NCBI GenBank assembly: GCA_963745435.1
Contig: CAVUXK010000026.1
Span: 111,739-175,738 of the forward strand
Length of the DNA: 64,000 nucleotides
Direction: 5' to 3'
Origin: an uncultured Acidobacteriota bacterium
GTDB taxonomy: Bacteria; Acidobacteriota; Terriglobia; Terriglobales; Acidobacteriaceae
The position numbers and the translations under genes are program-made. The notes below the pieces were generated by a model. That model did not search any database. It was not told the DNA's origin and saw only the letters and a program-made list of their open reading frames with translations. Positions 22,566 to 31,226 of the stretch are shown one piece after another. Numbering within the stretch: position 1 is the first letter of the stretch; the number at the start of each line of letters is the position of its first letter.

Positions 22566-22844
22566 ATGGAAGCGTGGAAGAAAGCAGTCGTGGCAGGATC
22601 AGTAGGAACTTCGGCGGTCTGTTTCCTTAAGAAGAAATGGCCCGCGGGCGTGCTCACCGCTGGCGTTGCCTTGGCTGTTCTGGCTTCGGAATATCCTGAG
22701 AAGTTCGAGGGCGTGCAGAGAGCCCTGCCCGGCTATTTCGAGCGTGCCATGCGCTTGCTGGAAATGACCTCGCGAGTGGGTCAGAAAATCACTCAATTCG
22801 CCCGGGAAGGTGAGCAGGGAATCTGGGACGAGCTGTCTTCCTGA
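22566..22844 (+). CDS. Small hypothetical membrane-associated protein (92 aa)
   Basis: ORF with two hydrophobic stretches followed by an amphipathic C-terminus. I do not recognise a family. Confidence 0.4.
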   Translation: MEAWKKAVVAGSVGTSAVCFLKKKWPAGVLTAGVALAVLASEYPEKFEGVQRALPGYFERAMRLLEMTSRVGQKITQFAREGEQGIWDELSS

Positions 22845-22850
22845 AAACCA

Positions 22851-23168
22851 CTATTCGATACCGAGCTGCTTGCGCGCATCGACGCTAAGCCGCTCCGGCG
22901 TCCAAGCCGGACTCCACACGATGTTCACATGTGCCGTGCGAATCCCCGGCAGCTGTTCGAGCCTCGAGCGCACCTGGTCGCTGATCTGCACGTGCGCCGG
23001 ACAGCCCTGGGCCGTCAAAGTCATATCGACGGTTACGTCTTGCTTGTCCTCGGGCACCGCCTCGAAGCGTACCTCGTAAATCAGTCCCAAATCCACGATG
23101 TTGACCGGAATCTCCGGGTCATAGCATTGCTTCAACGCGCTCAAGACTTCCTCTTGCGTAACGGGCAT
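22851..23168 (-). CDS. DUF59 / Fe-S cluster assembly (SufT/PaaD-like) protein
   Basis: ORF 22851..23210; the probable start is Met at 23168 (MPVTQEEVLSALKQCYDPEIPVNIVDLGLIY..TLTAQGCPA). This matches the DUF59 hallmark D-PE-P-NIVDLGL..T.T...CP. Confidence 0.75.
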   Translation of the reverse strand: MPVTQEEVLSALKQCYDPEIPVNIVDLGLIYEVRFEAVPEDKQDVTVDMTLTAQGCPAHVQISDQVRSRLEQLPGIRTAHVNIVWSPAWTPERLSVDARKQLGIE

Positions 23169-23517
23169 CCACACTCCTGAAGTGACAGGCCTTGCCGAAA
23201 CAAGCCTCACATCCCGGCTTCATTTTACCGCATGACTGGTGGCCTCGCCGAGATGGCCGAATCCTTCGCACCCATCGCCCACTAGCGTTTTGGCATGCCC
23301 ATCGTCCACCATACCCGGCTGTCTTGCGCACAACTGTCTGACGAGTGAAACGATCTAAGCGGCGAGGGGCAGGGAGTGTCGGCGGTCCCGATTTTAGTCC
23401 CTGGGCTGGTTAGCGCGGTCGAGTGCGATTCAGAATTGTTTGGTCCGCAATGTCTATTACGAAGAGGTTTTGCGATAATCGCAGCCCAGAAATCCCTTCG
23501 ATACTGAAAAGATAGAA

Positions 23518-24246
23518 ATGACTGCAGACGCAAAAAAGAAAATTCAGCTCGCCCTCGCCCTCGCGATCGCAGTCGCCGCGATTCGTACGGGCTACATCCT
23601 CTATGAACGTCACGAAGCAAATAAGGTCGAAGCGAAAAAGGAAGGAGCGACAGCCCCGCCCCTGAATCCGGACTACTACGTCACGCCGAAAAAACTCTAC
23701 CCGTTTGACTTGAAGTCCGCGAAGGAATTGACCAAGCAGCCCGTCTGGGTGAAAGAGGGATACCGCTACTTCTACTATCCCTACAATCCCGCTACCCATC
23801 ACGCCGATTTCGAACACGATGCCGGAATGCTGCTCCCGATCCAGCGCATCGAAATCAAAGACGTGGTTACCGATACGGCCCCGAACGGCGGCGGCCAGAA
23901 GCAAGTGATGGCCGTCTTCGAACAAGAGGGGAAGCCCTACGCCTTCCAGATCGGTGTGTTCAAAGACGGCGAGTACAAGATCTACTCAGACCAGATGCTC
24001 TTCGTGCAGGATCCGCGTGAACTCTACAAGCATTGGTCTCCTGACGTGTGGCAGTCAGTCGAACAGCACGAAGTCAAACAGGGCATGAACGAACTTCAAG
24101 CCGATTTTGCAATTGGCATGGGACGCCCGGATCGGCAGGACGATCCGTCCTGGAAGACAGTTCATTATCCCAACGGCGGCAAAGCCGTCACCATCACCTA
24201 TCACGAAGGCAAAGCCACCGAAATCAAACCCGACAAGCCTTCCTAA
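23518..24246 (+). CDS. Hypothetical protein with N-terminal membrane anchor (242 aa)
   Basis: ORF with one N-terminal TM helix (IQLALALAIAVAAIRTGYILY) and a Tyr/Lys-rich soluble domain. No family recognised. Confidence 0.5.
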   Translation: MTADAKKKIQLALALAIAVAAIRTGYILYERHEANKVEAKKEGATAPPLNPDYYVTPKKLYPFDLKSAKELTKQPVWVKEGYRYFYYPYNPATHHADFEHDAGMLLPIQRIEIKDVVTDTAPNGGGQKQVMAVFEQEGKPYAFQIGVFKDGEYKIYSDQMLFVQDPRELYKHWSPDVWQSVEQHEVKQGMNELQADFAIGMGRPDRQDDPSWKTVHYPNGGKAVTITYHEGKATEIKPDKPS

Positions 24247-24282
24247 AGCCCAGCCTAGAACCTAGAACCCGAGGCCAGAGCC
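24247..24282. repeat. Degenerate heptanucleotide array (CCTAGAA/GCCCAGn-type), ~5 units
   Basis: agcccag cctagaa cctagaa cccgagg ccagagc, between two convergent stop codons (24246 and 24288). Confidence 0.7.
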
Positions 24283-24287
24283 TCACT

Positions 24288-24746
24288 TCACCTTCGGTGA
24301 TGAAGCTCGGCCGCCTTCGTCTCGTCCCCATGTATTACGCCGTCTTCATCGGCGTAAAACGAGCGATGCTCGGCGTCAATGTTCTTCGGCGTCATGGTCA
24401 GAACGTAGCTGTCTTTCTTCCCCTTGAACGCGACGTTGTAGTCGCCACGCTCCGTCGTTTTCGCCATCCTGCGCGTGAACGAACCTGTGTTGACGAGGTC
24501 AGCCAGGGAAGTGGCGTACTCATTGTGCTTCTTGTTGTAGAGCTTTTGGGCGCGCACGACCACGCGCATGAAACCCAGCGCCCCGGACTCCGAATCGGAT
24601 CGTGCGGGATCGCCCGGGAATTTCGGCGTGTACTGGCCCTGCGCCGCCGGAGCCTGTGTGTTTGGTGGAGGATCCTGCCCCAGTGCCAACATCGTCAATA
24701 CCACCAGAAGTGCCGAGACCAAATAGGCCAAATTCCGAATTTTCAT
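24288..24746 (-). CDS. Hypothetical secreted protein (152 aa)
   Basis: ORF with a signal peptide (YLVSALLVVLTMLALGQ). No recognisable domain. Confidence 0.5.
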   Translation of the reverse strand: MKIRNLAYLVSALLVVLTMLALGQDPPPNTQAPAAQGQYTPKFPGDPARSDSESGALGFMRVVVRAQKLYNKKHNEYATSLADLVNTGSFTRRMAKTTERGDYNVAFKGKKDSYVLTMTPKNIDAEHRSFYADEDGVIHGDETKAAELHHRR

Positions 24747-24873
24747 GTTCTCCTGCCGTCTTTTCGGGCGTGTACCAATGTTACTCCCGTAATTTCCCTT
24801 TTGTTACGACCCTTTGCAGGGCGCGCCATTGCGTCTATTCTGAGTGCAGTTTCATGCTACCAAGGACCTGTCA

Positions 24874-25530
24874 ATGAAAGCTGCAATGGCGAAAAAGCCT
24901 CTCATCCGTCTTGCCGTAGTCGAGAGCGACCCGCTGCGGTTCGTGGGCTTCCGGGCCCTGTTTGATTCCGAATCGGACTTCGAACTCGTGTCCGCCACCC
25001 TACCCGACATTAGCGCCCTCACGGGGATCGATCTGGTCCTGCTGGGCAACCGTGCCGGACAGAACCTGTTTGACGTCATGGCCAGCCTGAAAGCGGCTCG
25101 GCCGGACCTCCGTATCATCGTCACCGGCTCGGGCATTGACGAAGAGACGATCCTCAAAGCCATCGCTTCCGGCGCCAAGGGATACGTTGATGAAGCCGCC
25201 ACTCCCGCAGAATTCGTACAGGCCATCCGCATCGTGAATCAGGGCTCCGTTTGGGCTCCGCGCCGCGTTTTGTCCATGTTCATCGAGCGGGTCAGTTCCT
25301 CGCCGGGCCGCATTTTTCCGGCCGGCCGCGTCACCTTTACCGATCGCGAGAAAGAAGTCCTTGAGATGCTGGTGGCTGGCCGCTCGAACAAGGAAATTGG
25401 CGCCGCCCTGGGCATCGAAGAACGCACCGTCAAGGCCCACGTCGCGAAATTGATGCGTAAAGTCGGGGTCCAGAACCGCATCGCGTTGTCCGTCCACGCG
25501 ATTACGCACTCGCTGGTTACGGCCAAGTAG
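24874..25530 (+). CDS. LuxR/NarL-family regulator with a degenerate (pseudo-)receiver domain
   Basis: ORF 24844..25530. C-terminal LuxR HTH: TDREKEVLEMLVAGRSNKEIGAALGIEERTVKAHVAKLMRKVG. The N-terminal receiver fold has DLVLLG where the phospho-acceptor Asp (LLD) is expected, and YVDE where the conserved Lys is expected. Confidence 0.75.
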   Translation: MKAAMAKKPLIRLAVVESDPLRFVGFRALFDSESDFELVSATLPDISALTGIDLVLLGNRAGQNLFDVMASLKAARPDLRIIVTGSGIDEETILKAIASGAKGYVDEAATPAEFVQAIRIVNQGSVWAPRRVLSMFIERVSSSPGRIFPAGRVTFTDREKEVLEMLVAGRSNKEIGAALGIEERTVKAHVAKLMRKVGVQNRIALSVHAITHSLVTAK

Positions 25531-25801
25531 ACATGCCAACAGTTACCAGGGGACAGTGCCCCCGGTAATCTTGTCGGTCCGGTGGATGTACCGCATACTC
25601 GGTTCACCTACCACAGAACCTGGGAGACGGGGTTGGGAGTGGAGATTAGGGTCGCCACTGTCAGCCCCGATTTTTTTGTCTTCCACGGCCTCCTCGATCT
25701 CCTCCTGGCAGCGTTCGGAACCTAAGCCTCGCCCCTCCCACAAATACAGTTCTTACCTGTTAAACTCCCGTGGACACAACTCCCTGGAGAATTGAATAGC
25801 G

Positions 25802-26566
25802 ATGAAAAAGACCCTCGTGGTTCTGCTGGTTCTGGCCATGTCGGCGTTCGCCTTCGCCGACGACGACAAGAAGGACGAGAAGGACGCAAGCAAAGCCGAA
25901 GACCGCATCCAGGCTGCGGCCACCGTTCTGGATGAGATTGAGTCTGCTCCCGACACCGGCATCCCGGAAGAAGTTCTGGCCTCGGCAGAGTGCGTGGCCG
26001 TGGTGCCCTCGTTGCTGAAGGGCGGCTTTATCATCGCGGCTCGCTATGGTCGCGGGGTGGCCAGTTGCCGCACGCCCACCGGGTGGAGCGCCCCGGCCTT
26101 CATCTATACCAGCGGAGGCAGTGTCGGGTTCCAGATTGGCGGCCAGGCCATTGATCTGGTCATGCTGATCATGAACAAGGATGGTCTGAAGAATCTGCTA
26201 TCGAGCAAGTTCCAGCTGGGAGCCGACGCGTCCGTGGCAGCTGGCCCCGTAGGGCGCCACGCCGCCGCCGATACGGACTGGAAAATGCGCGCCCAGGTGC
26301 TGACCTATTCGCGCGCCCGCGGAGCCTTCGCCGGCATCAGCCTCGCCGGCGCTGTGATCAAACAGGATAAAGACGCTACGCGCGAATTCTACGGACGCAT
26401 GGTTCCGTTCCGCACCTCTCTCACCGGCAAGGTGGAAGCTCCCAAGAATGCCTACCCTTTCCTGAATGTCCTAGCCAAATGGGCGCAGAAAGCGGCCGAC
26501 CGCGACAAACCGGCCGAAGCCCCCAAGCCTGCCGACACAGCCAAACCAGCCGACAAACAGAACTAA
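25802..26566 (+). CDS. Secreted SYLF/Ysc84 (DUF500) lipid-binding-domain protein
   Basis: Signal peptide MKKTLVVLLVLAMSAFAFA. SYLF-like core: CVAVVPSLLKGGFIIAARYGRGV..GGSVGFQIGGQAIDLVMLIMN..LGADASVAAGPVGR. The tail is low-complexity and Pro/Ala/Lys-rich. Confidence 0.7.
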   Translation: MKKTLVVLLVLAMSAFAFADDDKKDEKDASKAEDRIQAAATVLDEIESAPDTGIPEEVLASAECVAVVPSLLKGGFIIAARYGRGVASCRTPTGWSAPAFIYTSGGSVGFQIGGQAIDLVMLIMNKDGLKNLLSSKFQLGADASVAAGPVGRHAAADTDWKMRAQVLTYSRARGAFAGISLAGAVIKQDKDATREFYGRMVPFRTSLTGKVEAPKNAYPFLNVLAKWAQKAADRDKPAEAPKPADTAKPADKQN

Positions 26567-26570
26567 CCCC

Positions 26571-26660
26571 TCAATGAACGATGGAGCGGCGGGCAGCCTG
26601 CCCTGAGTTCACCGAAGGGTCCCCGCCCGCCAGACGCCCGTCCCTCCATCGTTTCATTGA
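26571..26660. repeat. Family-A-related ~90-bp inverted-repeat (MITE-like) element
   Basis: Left arm tcaatgaacgatggagcggcgggc (26571-94). The right arm (26636-60) has reverse complement tcaatgaaacgatggagggacgggc. The ~40-bp core contains a further GC hairpin. It starts 5 nt after the SYLF gene stop. Confidence 0.75.
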
Positions 26661-26699
26661 CAGTGAAAAATCGACGGTGATACGGTCACGCTTCGCCTG

Positions 26700-27617
26700 A
26701 TGCGGCACCGAATCGAATACGCGCTGGCGTGGTGCGTGGTCAAGACAATCGGCGCACTTCCGCGCCCTGTGGCGCGTTTGATCGGCATCACTCTCGGGCA
26801 GCTCATCTACCTGCTGCACGGCAAGCTTCGCCGCGTTGGCATGCGCAATCTGGCGCTTGCGTTCCCGAGAAGACTGCCAGGCGAGCGCCGAAAGATCGTG
26901 CGCGGCGTCTTCACTTCTCTCGGACGCCAATTCGCAGAAGTCTGTCTTTTCCCGACGTACACCAGCGAAAATGTCAGCCGGATCGTTGGCTATGACGGCT
27001 ACGAGAATTTCGATCGCGCTTCGCAACGCGGCAAAGGCGTCCTGTTCCTGACCGGGCACATCGGCGGCTGGGAGCTTTCCGCATTCGCGCACTCGCTATA
27101 CGGACACCCCCTGCATTTCGTGATGCGGTCCCTCGACAATCCGTATCTCGATGCGTTCGTACGCCGCTACCGCACCATGCACGGCAATACGCCCATCCTT
27201 AAAGACAACCCAACCCGCGAACTCCTCCGCGCCATGAAAGCGGGCGCCACCGTGGGCATCCTCATAGACACCAACATGACGCCCCCCGAAGGCGTGTTCG
27301 TCGATTTTTTCGGAATCCCCGCCTGCACGGCCAGCGGTCTCGCCCGTATCGCCCTGCGCACCGACGCGGCGGTTGTGCCAGGCTTCACGGTCTGGGATCC
27401 GGTCCTGCGCAAATACCGGCTGCGCTTCGAGCCCCCGGTCGTGCTCATTCGCACCGGCAACAACGATGCCGACATCGTTGCCAACACCGCCCTGTTCACG
27501 AAAGTGATCGAAGACGTCGTCAGGCGCTATCCGGATCAGTGGTTGTGGGTGCATCGTCGTTGGAAGACGCGCCCGCCCGGCCAGCCTTCGCTCTACTCAA
27601 ACCAATCGCTGCGATAG
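26700..27617 (+). CDS. Lipid A biosynthesis late acyltransferase (LpxL/HtrB family)
   Basis: 305-aa ORF with an N-terminal anchor. It carries the HX4D-type motif (LTGHIGGWE) and the family C-terminus YPDQWLWVHRRWK. Confidence 0.8.
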   Translation: MRHRIEYALAWCVVKTIGALPRPVARLIGITLGQLIYLLHGKLRRVGMRNLALAFPRRLPGERRKIVRGVFTSLGRQFAEVCLFPTYTSENVSRIVGYDGYENFDRASQRGKGVLFLTGHIGGWELSAFAHSLYGHPLHFVMRSLDNPYLDAFVRRYRTMHGNTPILKDNPTRELLRAMKAGATVGILIDTNMTPPEGVFVDFFGIPACTASGLARIALRTDAAVVPGFTVWDPVLRKYRLRFEPPVVLIRTGNNDADIVANTALFTKVIEDVVRRYPDQWLWVHRRWKTRPPGQPSLYSNQSLR

Positions 27618-27736
27618 GCCACCCACCAGGCTATCCACACGATCGGGACAATCGCGAATACCTGATACCAGAAGGGTAGCCAGAAAGCCGCGAGCTCAAG
27701 CACCGTCACCATCAGCCAGAAGATCTTCCGTTGCAT
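27593..27736 (-). CDS. Possible 47-aa Trp-rich two-helix membrane peptide (below the ORF-track cut-off)
   Basis: My translation: [47 protein letters not shown]. The composition is unlike the Arg/Ala/Pro-rich spurious ORFs seen elsewhere in the window. There is no good SD, and the 3' end overlaps the lpxL-like gene by 25 nt. Confidence 0.25.
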   Translation of the reverse strand: MQRKIFWLMVTVLELAAFWLPFWYQVFAIVPIVWIAWWVAYRSDWFE

Positions 27737-27809
27737 CCAGGGATTGTATGGATGTAGCCGGTCCCGCGGAAAACTTTCCTTCCACGCCTCCGGCTGCTAT
27801 ACAAGAGCC

Positions 27810-28808
27810 ATGAAGCGCGCGCTGAAAGACCTGGCCGAGTTCCTGGATGCGTCCCTGATCGGAGACGGTCAGATCGAGGTGTCCGGAATCGCCAGCCTGT
27901 CCTCGGCGAAACCCGGCGACCTGGTCTTTGTCGAGAGCGCAAAGAATCTCTCGCATGCGATGGACTCAACAGCGAGTGCCGTGATCACAGGGGACTTCGC
28001 AAGAAATGGTGCGCACGCAAAGCCTGTACTGATAGCCGCGCAACCGCGCCTGGCATTCGCGCGCGCGGCGCAGTGGCTACAGAACTCGCAGCAACCACCG
28101 GCCGGAATCCACGCGACCGCCGTGATTGATCCAAAAGCAAAGCTCGCCAAGAACATCACGATCGAAGAACGAGCGGTAGTCCGTGCAAACGTCGCAATCG
28201 GCGAAGGCTCACGCGTCGGGGCAAACTGCGTCGTAGGCCCCGATGTAACCATCGGCCAGAACTGTCGCCTCTATCCGAATGTCACGATCTACCCGCAGGT
28301 GCGGCTGGGCAATCGTGTCGTGATTCACGCCGGCGCCGTGCTCGGCAGCGACGGATTTGGCTACGTGCCCGACGCAAAAACCGGCCGCTACGAAAAATTC
28401 CCCCAGGTTGGCCGCCTCGAAATTGAAGACGATGTCGAAATCGGCGCGAACTCCACCGTTGATCGCGGCGCGCTCGACGTCACCCGCATCCGCCGCGGCA
28501 CAAAAATCGACAACCTGGTGCACATCGGCCATAACGTCGAGATCGGCGAAGACGTAGTGATCGCCGCGCAAACCGGCGTCTCCGGGAGTGCGGTCATAGA
28601 AAATGGCGTAATCATCGGAGGACAGGTGGGCATCGCCGACCACGTGCGCATCGAAGCGGGCGCAATCCTTGGCGCGCAAAGCGGCATCCCCAGCAACAAG
28701 GTAATTCGCGGGAAGGGAATCGTATTCTGGGGAACCCCGGCGCGCCCGATCAAGGAGTACCTGAAAGAATTGGCAATCCTGGCAAAGCTGAGCAAGAAAG
28801 AAAAATGA
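27810..28808 (+). CDS. lpxD: UDP-3-O-acylglucosamine N-acyltransferase
   Basis: ORF 27744..28808; the likely start is Met at 27810 ([20 protein letters not shown]). The hexapeptide-repeat left-handed beta-helix region includes the G.DGFGY motif (LGSDGFGYV). Adjacent to the lpxL-like gene. Confidence 0.9.
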   Translation: MKRALKDLAEFLDASLIGDGQIEVSGIASLSSAKPGDLVFVESAKNLSHAMDSTASAVITGDFARNGAHAKPVLIAAQPRLAFARAAQWLQNSQQPPAGIHATAVIDPKAKLAKNITIEERAVVRANVAIGEGSRVGANCVVGPDVTIGQNCRLYPNVTIYPQVRLGNRVVIHAGAVLGSDGFGYVPDAKTGRYEKFPQVGRLEIEDDVEIGANSTVDRGALDVTRIRRGTKIDNLVHIGHNVEIGEDVVIAAQTGVSGSAVIENGVIIGGQVGIADHVRIEAGAILGAQSGIPSNKVIRGKGIVFWGTPARPIKEYLKELAILAKLSKKEK

Positions 28809-28827
28809 TGTCGCGAAAAAAGATGTT

Positions 28828-28897
28828 GCCATCAGCCAACGACCATCAGCCATCAGCAAGCGAATAGCTGACGACTGACGACTAGAGACTAGCGACT
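28828..28897. repeat. Heptanucleotide tandem array, 10 units (GCCATCA-type switching to GACGACT-type)
   Basis: gccatca gccaacg accatca gccatca gcaagcg aatagct gacgact gacgact agagact agcgact. It fills the lpxD / MobB-like intergenic gap. Confidence 0.85.
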
Positions 28898-28903
28898 GTA
28901 TTT

Positions 28904-29503
28904 ATGTCCATCATCGTAATCGGCGGCCATTCCCGCAGCGTCGGCAAGACCAGCGTAGTTGCCGGCCTGATCTCGGCGTTGAGCGAGTTTTGCTGGACCG
29001 CCTTCAAGATCACGCAATACGGACACGGAATCTGTTCCGCCAACGGAGAAGCGTGCGACTGCGCGACCGGCGATCACGCCTGGGCAATTACGGAAGAAAA
29101 GAATCGCGCGGGAGACTCTGACACGTCTCGTTTCCTTGCAGCCGGCGCTGAACGGGTATGGTGGGTCCGCACCGAGCAGGGAAGACTCGCCGAGGCCCTA
29201 CCCGCCCTTCGCGAGCGACTGAAGCGCTCGCCCCATGTCATCATCGAATCCAACAGCATCCTGAAGTTCGTGCGCCCGGATCTATATATCCCCGTCCTCG
29301 ACCCCTCAACCGCCGATTTCAAGACTTCAGCACGTGAATTCATGGACCGAGCCGACGCGGCCATCCTTCACGAAACAAGCAACTACCCCGCATGGGAAGA
29401 TGTCTCCTTGAAGCCGATCGCGAACAAGCGTATGTTTCGAATCACCCCGCCACCCTACGTCACACCCGAAATCGCAGACTTCGTTCGTTCCACACTTCGA
29501 TAG
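28904..29503 (+). CDS. MobB-like P-loop NTPase (SIMIBI class) with a Cys/His cluster
   Basis: IVIGGHSRSVGKTSVVAGLI (P-loop), FKITQYGHG, RFLAAGAERVWWV and HVIIESNS are collinear with MobB. An extra GHGICSANGEACDCATGDH segment is present. Confidence 0.45.
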   Translation: MSIIVIGGHSRSVGKTSVVAGLISALSEFCWTAFKITQYGHGICSANGEACDCATGDHAWAITEEKNRAGDSDTSRFLAAGAERVWWVRTEQGRLAEALPALRERLKRSPHVIIESNSILKFVRPDLYIPVLDPSTADFKTSAREFMDRADAAILHETSNYPAWEDVSLKPIANKRMFRITPPPYVTPEIADFVRSTLR

Positions 29504-29533
29504 CCTTGTCGTCCCAATGCTCTCCGCAGTTAA

Positions 29534-29590
29534 GGGTTTTTCTCTGCGTCCTCTGCGGCTCTTCTCCGCGCCCTCTGCGTTTTAAGATTT
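29534..29590. repeat. REP-like element, family B, copy 1
   Basis: GGTTTTTCTCTGCGTCCTCTGCGGCTCTTCTCCGCGCCCTCTGCGTTTTAAGATTTA, 30 nt after the MobB-like stop. It is made of internal CTCTGCG(N)CCTCTGCG direct sub-repeats. Confidence 0.8.
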
Positions 29591-29667
29591 ATCGTTTCGA
29601 GGAGTGAGATACCCTCAGATCGGGCACAGTAGCCAACCTGCAAGCCCCAATTTGCTATCCTTCCACG

Positions 29668-31224
29668 GTGCGAAGAATTCGCAAGCAAGCCTGGCTGCTC
29701 GTTCTTCTTTCCGCAGCACTCCAGGTTCTGAGTTTCCCGCTCCCAGGCGTATACGTTCTTTCTTGGATCTCGATTGCTCCGCTCCTGGTAGCGCTGTTTC
29801 ACGCCAACAACCCTGACACTCTCCAACTCGACGAGTCCCGAAAATTGCTACCCGCCCGTCCCTGGCAGGGATTTCTTCTTGCTTATGCATGCGGCGTCCT
29901 CTGGTACTTGGGCACCTGTTACTGGGTGTACGACACGATGCATCAGTACGGCGGCCTGAGCGTCCCGGTCGCAATCCTCGTGCTCCTCCTCTTCGCCCTT
30001 TATCTAGGCCTTTACCACGGACTGTTCGGCCTGTTGGTGAGCACGCTCGCCCGCAAGGATTCCGGAAACCGTCTTGCCCTCCTATCCGCGCCGTTCCTCT
30101 GGGTGGCGATCGAACTTGCGCGCACCCGCGTCAGCGGTTTCCCGTGGGACCTGCTGGGCATCACTCAGGTCGATAACATCCCGCTCACCCGCATCGCCAC
30201 CGCGACCGGAGTCTACGGTCTCAGCTTCGAAATCCTGCTGGTGAACGTCGCCGTTGCCTCCGCCTTCCTCGTGCACCGCAGCCGGCGAAAGCCGCTGATA
30301 TTCGCGTCCATCGGAGCGATCGTCTTGCTGCAAGCCGGACGCTGGTTGACGTTGCCGCCTGCCCCGGCCGACCACACCGCGGTGTTGCTGCAGCAAAACC
30401 TTCCCTCGGGCGGTTCGATACCTGGACCGACGATCAGACGCGAACTGCCCTCGCCGAGTTCTCCGCCCTCAGCCTGAGTTCGAAGCAGACATCCCGACCT
30501 GATCGTCTGGCCCGAATCGCCGGCACCTTTTCTCACAAACGATCCCGCCTTTCGCGAGCCCATCAGCAACCTCGCGCGGCAGGCGAATGCCTGGCTGGTA
30601 ATCGGGTCCATCGGTATCGATAATCCCCACGCGATGTTTAATTCGGCTTCGCTCATCAGCCCAACAGGCGCGTGGACGGCTCGCTACAGCAAGATGCACC
30701 TGGTACCGTTCGGAGAATACGTCCCCTTCGCCTCGGTGTTTTCTTTCGCCAGCGGCCTTACGCAGGCGGTTGGAAACTTCACGCCTGGCACGCTGCACGA
30801 ACCGTTACAAGCGGGCGATCAGAAGCTCGGCGTCTTCATCTGCTACGAATCAATCTTCCCCAACGAAGTCCGCCAGCTGGCGGATCAAGGTGCAGACGTT
30901 CTCGTCAACATTTCGAACGACGGATGGTACGGTGACTCGGGTGCCTGGGCGCAGCACCTCAACCAGGCGCGCATGCGTGCCATCGAAAACAACCGCTGGC
31001 TCTTGCGCGATACGAACACCGGCCTCACGTCGTCGATCGATCCCTACGGTCGAGTTGTCAGTCGCCTGGAACGGCATACACGCGCCGCGTTGCCGGCTCC
31101 GTACGCCCTCACCAAGGTAACTACCTTCTACTCGCGTCATGGCGACTGGTTCGCCTTTCTGTGTGCGATAATTTCTCTAGGAGCGCTGATCGTGCGCTTC
31201 ACACCTCGAAAGACAGAGCCTTAG
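29668..31224 (+). pseudogene. lnt: Apolipoprotein N-acyltransferase; two compensating indels (~30415 and ~30503)
   Basis: ORF 29668..30477 holds the N-terminal multi-TM domain. ORF 30634..31224, in the same frame, holds the CN-hydrolase domain (KMHLVPFGEYVPF..LGVFICYESIFP..NISNDGWYG). The ~85 nt between them reads correctly (WTDDQTRTALAEFSALSLSSKQTSRPD) only in another frame. Confidence 0.85.
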
Positions 31225-31226
31225 CC

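Noticed and set aside
25531-25801. Riboswitch or leader RNA upstream of the SYLF-domain gene
   Set aside because: I saw only weak, short stems and a T-run at ~25668-25676. I can recognise no conserved riboswitch core by eye, and it needs a covariance-model scan before any claim.
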